From the IMG/VR virus record IMGVR_UViG_3300050119_000072, positions 22,656 through 86,655 of that record: a stretch of DNA of 64,000 bases; one strand, written 5' to 3'. The notes under the pieces are model-generated. The model worked only from the letters and a program-made list of their open reading frames with translations, was not told where the DNA came from and searched no databases. Origin of the DNA: a virus. A program made the translations under genes and the position numbers. This document shows, in pieces, positions 49,601 to 55,727 of the stretch; within the stretch, counting starts at the first letter, position 1, and each line of letters starts with the position of its first letter.

Positions 49601-52600
49601 TTCCGCGCCGAGCCGGGACAGCCCTTGGGGCGCCAGGCGCAGGCCCACGTCATTGAGCGCGGGCGCCGCACCGGGCTCGAGCACATGGTCGCCTTTGACG
49701 AGGGCGGCAACGTCCTCGCCAATGGCCATGGTTCGCACCACGATATCGAAGTGCCGGCAAACCTGATTGCCGCGCTGGACAATCCGAAGTCCAGGATTGT
49801 GGTGCACCATAACCATCCGTCCGACGGCTCATTGAGCACGGTCGATATTTCGCAGCTCGCTAGGCCCGGCTTGGCGGCGATCTGGGCGCATGGCCACAAC
49901 GGCATGGTCAGCCGCGCCTCACTCACGGAGTACGCACGCCAGCGGTTTGCCAATGACAGCACCGACAATTTTCGCAAAGCGCTTTATCGCCTGAGCGATA
50001 TTGTCGGCGACTCCTTCCTGGCGCCGCTGCGCAAGGCAGTCGATGGCGGACTCATTACCCCTAAACGCGGCGATCACCTTTACGGCTATATGCTCGGGCT
50101 GGCGCTGCACCGCGCCGGCGTCATCGACTACAGCACCAACCACGCGGAATTCGCCTCCGATCTCGACCGCCTCGCCCTCGGCCCATATATCGATAAAGCG
50201 GCCACGGCCACCGCAGGAGTTCTTTTCAATGACCCACGCTCCATCCTCACTACGGCTGATCGACGAGCCGACACCACTCGCCACATTGCCGATCTGGGAA
50301 CGTCATTTGACCGCACTGAGGCTCTTGCCGGCCGATACCGACCTCAAGCCGGAAATGATCTCGCGCGCCGAGCAAGTTATCGCCCGCAAGAAGGCGGACC
50401 GGGCCAACTAAGACTGCCGGGATTTGCGGAGAGCGCGTCCAAGTTTGGCGGCGGCAAAAAACCGCCGCGGCCGCCAGGCGCTACACCGGACGATCCGCAG
50501 CATCCGGCATCGCGGAGCATCCGCAGCAAGATTGCCGATGCGCTCGGCTCTGAGTTTGCCTTGGCCGCCAAGGAGAAATTGCAGGACTACAACGCCCGCG
50601 TGGAAAAGCTGCAAAAAGAGGGCGAGCGCCTACAGAACATGACGGAGGCGCGCGCCCACGGATGGGTATCGGACAACCCGGAGAGCCCGCTGCCGGACAA
50701 CCAGCAATTCTACACGCTCAAGCGTCTCTTCCCAGGCAAGCGCGACAACGTGCGCCGGGCCTTTTACTCCAAGCACTTTTTGCCGCTGCGCGACCTGATC
50801 CGCAAGTCAGGCATGACGAAGGAACAAGCCGGGGACTATCTCTATTACAAGCACGCGCCGGAGCGGAACTTAAACGTCGGCAAGCTCTATCCCGGCAAGA
50901 CGTTCTCGCATGGCCAGGGCGATCCGATCAGCGGCACCATCAAGCCGGCGCACCCCTTCAACGAAGCCATGCGCGATGAAACCGTTGTCGGGGCCTCCGG
51001 CATGTCGACGAAGGCCGCGCGCGAGGGCGCTGCGGCGATGGAGAACGGGCCCAAGGGTGCGGCGTTCAAAGAGCTTGGGCGGCGGGCTGCCGCCATCCGC
51101 CAGTTCATCCATGAGCAATATCTGCGCGGCCATCTGGAAAGCGCAAAGACGCTCGCCGAATGGCACCGCACAAGCCCCAATTATGTCCCCCTGCGCGGCT
51201 GGGAAGATACTGCCGATGCAAAGCCCTTCGCCGATCAATTCAGCGGGCGCGGCGGCGGTGATATCCGCGGTGGCGAGTCCAAGCGCGCGCTCGGGCGGCG
51301 CACCAAAGCCGATAACCCACTTGTCGGCCTGATCGACCAGGCCTATCGCGCTGTCGATCGGGCGGAGAAAAACCTTGCCCTGATCGGCATGGGGCGCCTG
51401 CTGCAGGGCATCGGCCCGGAGGGGCGCAAAGAGATCGGCGTTGCCTTTGAACGCGGGCGCCCGAAGTCGGTCGTCGATCCCGGCACTGGGTTGGTTAAGA
51501 CTGTTGACGACGCCTTCGACGCCATGCGCGAGAACGCCGTCCACTTCAAGCACAACGGCAATGACCATTACGCCGTGTTCGACGACCTCAAGCTTGCCCG
51601 CGCCATCAAGCGCTGGTCGCCGTGGTCGGTTGCGCCGATCGAGTTGGCAAACCGGATCATGGGCAAATGGAAGAGCGCCCTGACGCATTACAACCCGCTC
51701 TTTATGCCGCGGCACATGGCGCGGTACTACATCGAGGGCCTCGCCAACTCATTCGAGCAGATGGAACACGGCTCGTTTAAGCCGATGAAATACGCGATCG
51801 ACGCGTTCCCGCTCATCGGTCCGGCGACGCGGGCGATCATCGCGCGGGAGCGCGGGCAGCCGGCCGGCGAACTCGGCCAGCATTGGGACGAAATGAAAGC
51901 CGGCGGCGGCGCGTCATCGCTCTTTTCAATGCGCGATTACGACGAGCTGCTAACGCGCCTGAGCAAAGAAGCAAAGGCGATAGGCCGCAAGGGGTACGAC
52001 CCGCGCGAGATTATGTCGATGGTGACGGAAGCCGTCGATAAGTTCACGTCCATGATCGACAACTCGACGCGCCTCGCCGCCTTTAGCCAGGCGCGGAAGG
52101 CTGGAAAGACAATTCAGCAGGCTTCCCTTGTCGCCAGGGAGGCGACAGTCGATTACAACCTCAAGGGCGATTGGGCAAAGGTGCTCGGCACCTGGGAGCC
52201 ATTCCAGAACGTCGCTACGCAAACCGGCTACCGCATGGGGGCGTCGCAAGGGCGCTCCCGCGTCATGCGCAAGGTGTTCCTTGGCATGACCGCCATCGGC
52301 TTTTTGTTGGGCATGTGGAACTACTACTTCGCCGGCGAGGACAAGGACAAAGTCCCATTCTTCGACAAAATACCGGAATGGACGAAGAGCAAGGAGCTTG
52401 CGCTTTATGTCGGCCTCACCGATTCCAAGGGGCGCCCGCAGCCAATCAGTTGGCCGGCGCCGTTTAACTATGCCTTCCCGGTCACCGCCGGATACGGCCT
52501 CGCCAGTCTATTCTTCAACCCGCATAGCTGGCCGCGCCAACTGGCGATGGTCGTTAAATCCTTTCTGTCCTCGTTCTCGCAAATTGGCGAAGATGGGCTC

Positions 52601-53062
52601 TCCTGGCACAATCTAGCGCCGGCGCTCATCCGGCCGATCATGGATCTCGGTTTGAACAAGTCGTGGACCGGCGGAATGATCCACACCCAACCGGAATGGC
52701 AAAAGGGTCCGAACGCTCAATCCGGTTTCCGGTTTACCGATCCGGTATGGAAAGAGGTCGCGCAATTCATCAATAATCACTCAGGCGGTACAGCAAGCCG
52801 TTCTGGGCTTTTGGATTTCTACCCGGAGGATATCCATTACCTCATCAATTCGTTCTTCGGCGGTCAAATGCGGGTGGGCGAAGATATCGCCGCTGTCTCG
52901 AGTGCTGTAGCAAAAGGTCAGCCAATTCCGCTTACAAAGGTCCCGATCGGCAGTATTTTCTACGGGACCGACTACGATAAATCTGACCAGGCAGCACAGC
53001 GCGAACGAGTGCACCAAGGCAACCATCCTTGGGAGCGGCCGATTTTCGGCATCGCCAGATAA
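37634..53062 (+). CDS. Giant DarB-like polyvalent internal virion protein (5142 aa)
   Basis: iPPase-like (GADGDHVDV, QHKVM), ddrB-ParB (QPRER, ESGNGR), N6-MTase (YVGWGG, GTGNF, NPPF), SNF2 (VGSGKT, VDEAH, TGTP, QREGR), ParB (VDGHHR), RelA/SpoT-like (RVK, D..GAR, GYRAYH, ELQ), JAB-like (E...HNHPS...S..D), LPD38-like C-terminus. Confidence 0.92.
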   Translation: MALADQLGAVDPQGIVTGLVADQAPDLVQNDGSVDPQSVLDRLIRKGLSSDQQKALSDAKTNAAPDGIDQFGKTKEQVDAEPQPDFTQFGSATPQSAQPIPGGGTVAGGAWAGAKSLAQAPITATGKAIQAAARTVNDITPTMVQTAGGEGSPLSVEDLTPPPAEPVQKNPVLSKVYNAGQAVRNFGEQQIPVSEAEKKTYPIWTGVGSAVGTLAPLVALGALNPEAAIAGGAALFGGSGSQDTYEAAIAHGADQETASAAANLSGLANAALGSAPIGLVLRPFQKFMPAASGYAVRMLAQAAQNGVVFAGIGEAQEYIGEQIAKAYDPKAGYSLDANRLIVSLLSGGLLGAGHAAYDRYATGKAVSDLYKLNQPAAGGEADDTAPGALPRPDAGPGPGPGPGQGPGPDTGTGAGAGAGPGEAEPEFQPDFSPAKRSTLEKVAAAYSTNLKDGHSAKDISSWSDAQLMAYLNDADKRSNPAKADAPVATPGTPDNPINLQTPQDLAHAVSVADETSSHAQGEANNAPRVHAVWNDLPITLETAGANNVRRGVAEDGTPWEQSMGGPSGYFKGTIGADGDHVDVTVGPQPGSKQVYVIDEKAADTGDFRQHKVMIGFGNQIDALNAYTQRTQGKSAKMVGGVRLFTPEQLKDWLKTGDTKAPLSDTMTAAAKAKDESILPEDAVPTSQHTDAVDGALRAAGVNPDAVRPADKARAAEIHAEGAPADQAFPVAVVRGLVDSGHITPDQVREAIGDEAAEGVLGTGGRAQRGARAETHGAGPGGEAAAPANGVGPRGNEGGNAEAASGGESGEPAVGQKPAGSAAGGEQRRENNGGAGNGAAAGVANDHNVAGSEPGERAEQAHPEHKATETPAAALIGARVKSMPEHKVVAADGKSVRVVPVVTEASKLIASSDPGYDKDIQPRERDRAAAQAQVREIATRLDPERLGYSAEADRGAPIVGPDGMVESGNGRVAALRALYRTKSPNAEHYRAWLAVQGVDLSKYKEPVLVRQRVTELDAAGRRGFAIAANQAATLSMSAPERALADADHLSSNVLGLIRNGANLGAAENRPFVRAFIAALPASERSALANKAGALSQEGLTRVKNAVLAKAYGDADVISRITEATDDETRSVSNGLVMSAPIWAKFRGEVEDGRVRREFDLTPDLMEAVKRVTDIRSRGENLAGFLAQHDGFDQLKSEVETWMRMMYDPHGKRVASAADIAKAISFYAEEAGKVTTDPRLGLDIPEIEPDEIQRGAHAKAQDVPTGARVGNGPSGNAARQAPGRRGAGEGGEEPGRPEQRSADGGRLRDQPSLFDEPGPDGKRQSVLPGTEPISDARLAQRRALERLRPKAEQKPAYEGLFSPREKQVDLEEAIAKAKPEGIEAVAVRDPQSGRVWSAKAVLHPDLIERAAQDLGVPEDKAADRLELGFKSDRGRFLTRAEASALVGAGELHATELSWTQRELAEAGVESYPGAAKAKAPVTPAVRAPIAKAAAAPKIKKQGAPAAPSLFDWEERNNERPRTQGDGEKTLGGMAPGPGEGPQVTRAPERVLAGSGGQRADGDRAPDEAGLPGIRGQGSRPAEVHPAAAGAGSGRPGRGNAAGTGGERKPVPEVPTGPNVKPAERPTLPAINYRITDETELGKGSEGVKFRDNIAAIQALKNIEREDRRATPEEQRQLARYVGWGGLANAFPDLKGAFKPDWKDRGEQLQGLLNKDEHRAAQHSTLAAHYTSKTVIDAMWKAAQRLGFKGGLSLETSLGTGNFIGLVPDAIAGKTRFVGVELDGVTARIAKLLYPQETVLHSGFQRVPMPDGEFVLSIGNPPFGSESLRFQHKPALQGYSIHNQFFLAALDALQPGGLHIGVVSHFLMDAQDQSARQAMAVKANLLGAIRLPDTAFKENARTEVVTDIVLMQRRTPADESQMAELVRLANTPGHGKEAQDARAVARKKLTDEAPWIETDKVRDPLGGEPMTVNQYFAKRPKMIVGRLERSGTMRGKEEVNVKLAKDADFAGMLDAAVENLPKNKINLDNEAIDNTLERYKTLADSIQIALAGHEVGHVEFNDRGQLTQISERETPSGDYEPTRRVLNAQSPWSRKLLMDPNGQWYTLEPKLNAKGEKVKTGLRLVYERKTFPDNKVPENLRLGQQRYDRLADLARLRDLTRKQIVLETQDAPPADMENNRGQLAASYRAFTGKHGLLHEPSNMRLLNEMPDGPLLMSLESGYRPAVTTAKAARTGQPVQKPSAKPSAILSRRVVPKYEPPTKAETVGDAIGIVLSERGRMDLARIGDLLGIPEDKVPEKLSEGDKPLAFLNPETKDWEARHDYLTGPVRQKLIAAREAGLAKNVSELEAVQPERWGADKVTPYVGSNWIPPKVYEDFAKQLLGVDGAAVNYSKATNSFNMLTDEYGGDKQAEWGTPDMPADAILRGMMNSRIPKVMREVSDGNGGTRRYEDKEASSLVVLKANEIASAFADWVFRDADRRNQLVDIFNDKFNTRVQRQHDGAFLALPGKNPEYGLRRHTRNAIRRGIYERNMLVDHCVGSGKTFLAIARAMERRRMGLSRKPMVAVPNHLVEQWAAEAHRLYPGAKVLAAGKNQFNRQNRRKLFAKIATGDHDLVIVPHSSFGFIGISPETELRFLEDQLRVAHEAVQAAAEEAAASGIGGFRKPFTVKEAERLVTNIETRMDALRSARRDNMLSFEQMGVDDLTVDEAHEFKNLFYSSRMTGVRGMGDKTGSQKSFDLYNKVRVLNESPTGTVTFLTGTPISNSAVEMYTMMRYLAAKELRELGIEHFDAWRSQFVSAEPKWEPTESGGLKEVTRLGRNWSNMRALMDLYYSFTDSVTQEDINKWYAEDNDGADFPIPKVVGGGRQTTVVQPTPAQQSILHQVIDGFNDLPNEPDPDVRNAERLRLMDRARKVSLDARAVDPRNPSKEEGGKLEAISDQAARIYHKWTKDLGAQLIFLDRSVPKAKGDDKIIKQYDDLIARRDKAVADKDEGAFRAVIDDLDKFNANEIEALRSAQNGGWNAYDQIKKNLIARGVPADEVRFIQEANNDAEKQALFDAVNDGRIRVLIGSTQRMGAGTNVQERLVGLHHGDVTWKPSDIEQREGRIIRQLNKLLDKYGKDFAVEIHNYVTERTVDAKMWDLNSEKLRMINGIRKYDGAFNMEFEDEDAVGMAEIAALASGDPLLMERVKLGGEIEKLEMQERGFRRKMFGIEDAVAGAQRAITDYPAKIVEEKAASDDMYRRVDALKKAVDARSVTIDGKTYKSRMEATVAATDRIAEIRGADEGAKYSINVDGADLTNKETIHAAIASALGDQEPFEAKIGGETVRGRYAAAHAILEKVRPIISEITVENPEHTVKLGTMLGADLEATARRSAADDFYVTLALRQDGRTLAAAQTSGPVSRKEPAPATIASGIRNLEKDINNILLSRGALMQSRVDAAKKDLPGLTAQLGQTFPQAEKLVALRDRQRDLINELDRRTKEAEGKGGPLPTPPKLIGAGGRPVDAKLTGVDAEQDAFLKSKGMTWEEAAALSNNHLRQLDRQWSDEHPGEHVPLVRVERFDPADIEADPARFQYRDNVVNAETGVTDKPMQSGWQQTAPMVVWQDKAGGNFVVDGHHRLERAKALEAAGEKVPLDAITLREKDGITPQIAKDFGQRRNEHREANRDLRAIPDVDDYFAAVKERQEANSEAGIPIRAANSAETGVQAVGMNSSADAPPSTQPLPGSHVSTFSEPPAIFSSRETPPSIFEGPTRTVKFSDFSLGAIDPASKKNIVQGSSDFNALHAEAQKNKASLLNRLEEIARDVPGAKVYGARVKDLPGLVEKITAKGRAPNTISDYLGARVIVDSPEAMHAFIDRLDRTGAIIEAENFIRSSKFGYRAYHLQVGLGDGMSAELQLVPRPLADVMSASHARRQPVKRLVAGKSPADDARIERALAASTKILDTAWAKAPEAWRTYDEDQHQQPAAFAEEAPQGWTGADTLPDYTRAYTDLGPFRAEPGQPLGRQAQAHVIERGRRTGLEHMVAFDEGGNVLANGHGSHHDIEVPANLIAALDNPKSRIVVHHNHPSDGSLSTVDISQLARPGLAAIWAHGHNGMVSRASLTEYARQRFANDSTDNFRKALYRLSDIVGDSFLAPLRKAVDGGLITPKRGDHLYGYMLGLALHRAGVIDYSTNHAEFASDLDRLALGPYIDKAATATAGVLFNDPRSILTTADRRADTTRHIADLGTSFDRTEALAGRYRPQAGNDLARRASYRPQEGGPGQLRLPGFAESASKFGGGKKPPRPPGATPDDPQHPASRSIRSKIADALGSEFALAAKEKLQDYNARVEKLQKEGERLQNMTEARAHGWVSDNPESPLPDNQQFYTLKRLFPGKRDNVRRAFYSKHFLPLRDLIRKSGMTKEQAGDYLYYKHAPERNLNVGKLYPGKTFSHGQGDPISGTIKPAHPFNEAMRDETVVGASGMSTKAAREGAAAMENGPKGAAFKELGRRAAAIRQFIHEQYLRGHLESAKTLAEWHRTSPNYVPLRGWEDTADAKPFADQFSGRGGGDIRGGESKRALGRRTKADNPLVGLIDQAYRAVDRAEKNLALIGMGRLLQGIGPEGRKEIGVAFERGRPKSVVDPGTGLVKTVDDAFDAMRENAVHFKHNGNDHYAVFDDLKLARAIKRWSPWSVAPIELANRIMGKWKSALTHYNPLFMPRHMARYYIEGLANSFEQMEHGSFKPMKYAIDAFPLIGPATRAIIARERGQPAGELGQHWDEMKAGGGASSLFSMRDYDELLTRLSKEAKAIGRKGYDPREIMSMVTEAVDKFTSMIDNSTRLAAFSQARKAGKTIQQASLVAREATVDYNLKGDWAKVLGTWEPFQNVATQTGYRMGASQGRSRVMRKVFLGMTAIGFLLGMWNYYFAGEDKDKVPFFDKIPEWTKSKELALYVGLTDSKGRPQPISWPAPFNYAFPVTAGYGLASLFFNPHSWPRQLAMVVKSFLSSFSQIGEDGLSWHNLAPALIRPIMDLGLNKSWTGGMIHTQPEWQKGPNAQSGFRFTDPVWKEVAQFINNHSGGTASRSGLLDFYPEDIHYLINSFFGGQMRVGEDIAAVSSAVAKGQPIPLTKVPIGSIFYGTDYDKSDQAAQRERVHQGNHPWERPIFGIAR
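39891..40256 (+). CDS. Candidate nested gene A (+1 frame) after the iPPase domain
   Basis: GAGAGG upstream; GC3-rich in this frame while host frame is a G/A/E linker. Confidence 0.4.
   Translation: MKQPKGYWAPAAGLNAAHALRHMAPALVGRLPRPQMASVHAAMKVGMPKLPAAAKVASPLSAKSPLAVPRAGSNVGKTMAGPATALPQGSPMTTTSLGANPASALSKPILSTKLPKLPPLP
41376..41669 (+). CDS. Candidate nested gene B (+1 frame) after the ddrB-ParB domain
   Basis: GC3 bias moves to this frame; helical-looking core LAMGRAAMRLGRHRGDVGLAKAGKNLV. Confidence 0.5.
   Translation: MKSNVVHMRKPKTFRPGPGLAMGRAAMRLGRHRGDVGLAKAGKNLVDQSNAALTAGDSATSPASSTSQDPTASDSPSSPAPSLSAMPGLPSDAPSSD
42177..42485 (+). CDS. Nested gene C (+1 frame), TnpV-like helical protein, before the MTase domain
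   Basis: 102 aa, strongly GC3-rich, globular helical sequence; host frame shows atypical A/T-ending codons. Confidence 0.75.
   Translation: MSVQELKAMARKHWEEWLPDRVKDLKSQGRLNESLQGAADSAQTEIEHLMKLGYQEFEAKEVALPKFILLPPEPDQDGLDEEMRQELAEKESQYRKFPPVQT
48673..48915 (-). CDS. Nested antisense gene D between ParB and RelA/SpoT-like domains
   Basis: 80 aa, GAGG/GGA upstream, own promoter, globular-looking VETWEPGKGWVEGG. Confidence 0.7.
   Translation of the reverse strand: MAPNEKSENFTVLVGPSKIDGGVSRLLKMAGGSLKVETWEPGKGWVEGGASADEFMPTACTPVSAELAARMGIPASELAS
48935..48963 (-). promoter_or_regulatory. Sigma70 promoter embedded in the giant CDS
   Basis: TTGAAA-N17-TATATT in a local AT-rich patch 20 nt upstream of ATG 48915. 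Confidence 0.7.
50229..50411 (+). CDS. Nested gene E (+1 frame) after the JAB-like domain
   Basis: CAGGAG RBS 10 nt upstream; 60 aa helical hairpin-like LIDEPTPLATLPIWERHL...ISRAEQVIA. Confidence 0.65.
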   Translation: MTHAPSSLRLIDEPTPLATLPIWERHLTALRLLPADTDLKPEMISRAEQVIARKKADRAN

Positions 53063-53077
53063 CTCAGAGGAACAGAT

Positions 53078-53500
53078 ATGGCTTCGATAGGTCCGCGCCG
53101 GGCATCGCCGGCGCTTGTCTGGTTGGTCGCTGTTCTGAGCGCGGCCGTACTTGTCATATACCTATGCCGCTGGTCGCCGGCGCAGGCACGCGACTACGGG
53201 CAATATGCCGACGCCGCGCCGGCAGTGCGCGATTGGTACAAGGCGCAGGAATTAACGCCGGCAGCGCAACAGCGATTTGCCTTCAAATCTTGCTGCGATA
53301 ATTCGGACGTTGTCCGAACCCAGTTCCGCGTCAACTCTGGCTCCGGCGCCGACGAATGGTTCTGGCTGCACGACGGTAAGTGGGAGCGCATACCGGACGA
53401 CGTAATCCATTGGGGCGAAGTCGCACCGGGGGGCCAAGCCGTCATGTTTGCGCTCGATGGGCGCCCGACGTGTTTCTACCCGGCCGAAAGCGGCAATTAA
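53078..53500 (+). CDS. Membrane-anchored/exported Cys-containing protein
   Basis: GAGGA RBS, N-terminal TM, SCC..SD and CFYP motifs. Confidence 0.75.
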   Translation: MASIGPRRASPALVWLVAVLSAAVLVIYLCRWSPAQARDYGQYADAAPAVRDWYKAQELTPAAQQRFAFKSCCDNSDVVRTQFRVNSGSGADEWFWLHDGKWERIPDDVIHWGEVAPGGQAVMFALDGRPTCFYPAESGN

Positions 53501-53510
53501 GGCATCCACC

Positions 53511-53726
53511 ATGTTCTCCAATCTTCTAATCCCAGAATGGCGTACCGCCCATCAACTATGGAGCGTCCGCGTAGCGATCTTCTGGACGCTGGTAAAGGCG
53601 ATCGCTTCGATCTGGTTTGCCTTCGCCGGCTATATTCCGCTGTCGTGGCTGGTAGCAGGCTCGATCTTCATTGAATTGTCCCTGCTCGCCGCGCGCCTCA
53701 CCAAACAGCCAGGGATCGACGAATGA
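53511..53726 (+). CDS. Holin-like membrane protein
   Basis: LI.EWR.A...WSVR, two TMs, AARL.KQ; upstream of lysozyme. Confidence 0.7.
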   Translation: MFSNLLIPEWRTAHQLWSVRVAIFWTLVKAIASIWFAFAGYIPLSWLVAGSIFIELSLLAARLTKQPGIDE

Positions 53727-54226
53727 CCGATACGACAGTATCGATTCCCGCCGCCGCGCGCGGTCGCGCTCCGGCTGGCGCCGTCGCCATAACCGTCGCC
53801 TTTTTAGGTGTCTGGGAGGGCTGCGATCATGTTGCACGCCACCAGGCGATCGACCCGTCTGGCGTCATCACCTATTGCAACGGACTGACCAACTACGACG
53901 ACAAGAACGTGCGTCCGGGGCAGGTGTTCTCCGACGCCGATTGCGCGAGGCTCCTGGCCGGCGCGCTCCCGCGCTACATCAAAATGGTCGATCGGCAGAT
54001 CAAGGTGAAGATGCCGCCACACCGCTATGCCGCGGTCCTGTCGTTCACCTTTAACGAGGGCGAAGGCACGCTGCACAAGTCGAGCATCCGCGTTGACCTC
54101 AACGCCGGCCGCGTTCCGCAGGCTTGCGAGGACTTCCTCAAATACGACATAGCCAACCACAAGGTCTTGGTTGGCTTGGAAAATCGGCGCCGCGCCGAGC
54201 GCCTCTACTGCCTCCGAGAGGATTGA
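53723..54226 (+). CDS. Endolysin, GH24 lysozyme (possibly SAR-type)
   Basis: WEG...D..G..T.C.G.T catalytic pattern, SFTFN.G, GL.NRR.AE. Confidence 0.92.
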   Translation: MTDTTVSIPAAARGRAPAGAVAITVAFLGVWEGCDHVARHQAIDPSGVITYCNGLTNYDDKNVRPGQVFSDADCARLLAGALPRYIKMVDRQIKVKMPPHRYAAVLSFTFNEGEGTLHKSSIRVDLNAGRVPQACEDFLKYDIANHKVLVGLENRRRAERLYCLRED

Positions 54227-54227
54227 A

Positions 54228-54551
54228 ATGTTCGACCATCTCACAATCAAGCTCGCCTTTGCCGGCATCGGGCACCTGCTCGCCGACTATTCCATTGCCT
54301 CGCTCGTTGCCGGCGCCCTGCTCGTCGGCTCGTTCTTCGTCGACGAGGTGCCGCTGTTGGGCAAGGTGAGTGCCGACATGCGGTGGGCTGCGGTGTTCAT
54401 CATTGGGTGCCTAGTCTGGGGCGCGCATATCCAGCACGACGACGACCTGCGGTGGATGGCCAAGCAGACCGTCATCAATGGTGCCGTGTCACACGCAACC
54501 ACGAAGCCAAACGTCGATCCGAATAAGGACAAGTTCGACAGCCCGGAGTAA
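54228..54551 (+). CDS. Inner-membrane spanin-like protein
   Basis: GAGGA RBS, TM segments, follows endolysin. Confidence 0.55.
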   Translation: MFDHLTIKLAFAGIGHLLADYSIASLVAGALLVGSFFVDEVPLLGKVSADMRWAAVFIIGCLVWGAHIQHDDDLRWMAKQTVINGAVSHATTKPNVDPNKDKFDSPE

Positions 54552-54558
54552 TGCCGCC

Positions 54559-54783
54559 ATGAGAACATTTCTGCTTCTGCTGCCGCTTGGCCTGTTACTG
54601 GGCGGCTGTGCCACTACCGATGGAGCGCTCTCGATCATGGCTCCGGTCTGCCAAGCGCTGATCGGCCCAATCCATTACACGTCGCACAACGCCAAGAGCC
54701 CACGCTATGCGGCGGCGGCTCTTGCGCCGGATCTGGCGGCGAGGAACAGCGTCGGCGAACGCCTACACTGCCCTGGCTATTGA
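54559..54783 (+). CDS. Outer-membrane spanin-like lipoprotein
   Basis: Lipobox LLGGC, further Cys residues. Confidence 0.7.
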   Translation: MRTFLLLLPLGLLLGGCATTDGALSIMAPVCQALIGPIHYTSHNAKSPRYAAAALAPDLAARNSVGERLHCPGY

Positions 54784-54854
54784 TCTAGGGTAACGCCATG
54801 ACAAACCTCAAAAAAGGACGCACCGCCGACAGGCGATGCGATGGAGACCAGACC

Positions 54855-55094
54855 ATGTCTATGACAACGCAAGAGGTCGAGCACATCGCCGTAACCGCCG
54901 CAAAAGTCGCGGTCAACGAGACACTCAGGGTTCTCGGCATCGACGTGAGTAACCCGTTTGAGGTGCAGCAGGACATGGCGCATTTGCGGTTCTGGCGCAC
55001 GGCGTTTAACGGCGCCATCGGCCGCTTGACGATGATTGGCCTCATCGGCATGTTCGCCGTATCCGCATTCATCGCGGTAATCAAGTTTCGCTAA
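54855..55094 (+). CDS. Small membrane protein in lysis cassette
   Basis: GGAG RBS; AV.ETL..LGID...P.E.Q.D..HLR motif plus C-terminal TM. Confidence 0.7.
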   Translation: MSMTTQEVEHIAVTAAKVAVNETLRVLGIDVSNPFEVQQDMAHLRFWRTAFNGAIGRLTMIGLIGMFAVSAFIAVIKFR

Positions 55095-55153
55095 TCCCGG
55101 CTAACATGCCGGCTTAGGTGGCCCACACCCACCTGTCTGAGAGCGACCACTCA

Positions 55154-55190
55154 AGCGCCCTGGCTTCGGCCGGGGCGCTCTTTTTTTATT
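55154..55190 (+). terminator. Intrinsic terminator ending the late operon
   Basis: AGCGCCCTGGC-TTCG-GCCGGGGCGCT followed by CTTTTTTT. Confidence 0.85.
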
Positions 55191-55278
55191 CAGTTGTGAT
55201 TGTCTTGCGGGTCATATCTGGCGATGACTATCGCCAAGGCAAAGACAAAAAACCCTGCTGCGAGGGGGATCGCGGTGA

Positions 55279-55488
55279 TCAGCCACATGACTTGGCCCCT
55301 ATGTTCAACAAAGCCGTAGGCAGCAACATTGCTGCCAGCGGCGTGGTTAGTAGGAAGATTGCCAGCGACGAAGCGAAGCCAATGAAGCAACGCAATATGC
55401 CGTCGCCATTTGAGTTGGCAACAAAGCCGATGCTCCCTGAAAACCAAATCAGGGAAATAAAAGAGATAACCTGAATAGCCATCATCAT
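55279..55488 (-). CDS. Small membrane protein
   Basis: Hydrophobic 69 aa ORF in leftward array. Confidence 0.5.
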   Translation of the reverse strand: MMMAIQVISFISLIWFSGSIGFVANSNGDGILRCFIGFASSLAIFLLTTPLAAMLLPTALLNIGAKSCG

Positions 55489-55496
55489 CGGCGGGC

Positions 55497-55727
55497 CTAT
55501 TTCGCCAACGCGGCGACCTTCTGTTCGTGGTAATAGTCCTGAGCCTCTTTCGCGGCCTCGGTCGCAATGCGTTCCAAAAGATCGCCAGATAAAACTTGCC
55601 CCAGGCCGGACGGCGCGACTGAGATATAGCCGCCGTTTGATGCGGGTATTTTTCGGATGCGGCGCTCGATGCGCGTATGAAGCGGGGTGTTCATTGGGGC
55701 GGCCTCTATATCCAAGTTAGAGTTCAA
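55497..55727 (-). CDS. Hypothetical protein
   Basis: Leftward array; likely start at MNTP after GAGG. Confidence 0.55.
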   Translation of the reverse strand: MNSNLDIEAAPMNTPLHTRIERRIRKIPASNGGYISVAPSGLGQVLSGDLLERIATEAAKEAQDYYHEQKVAALAK

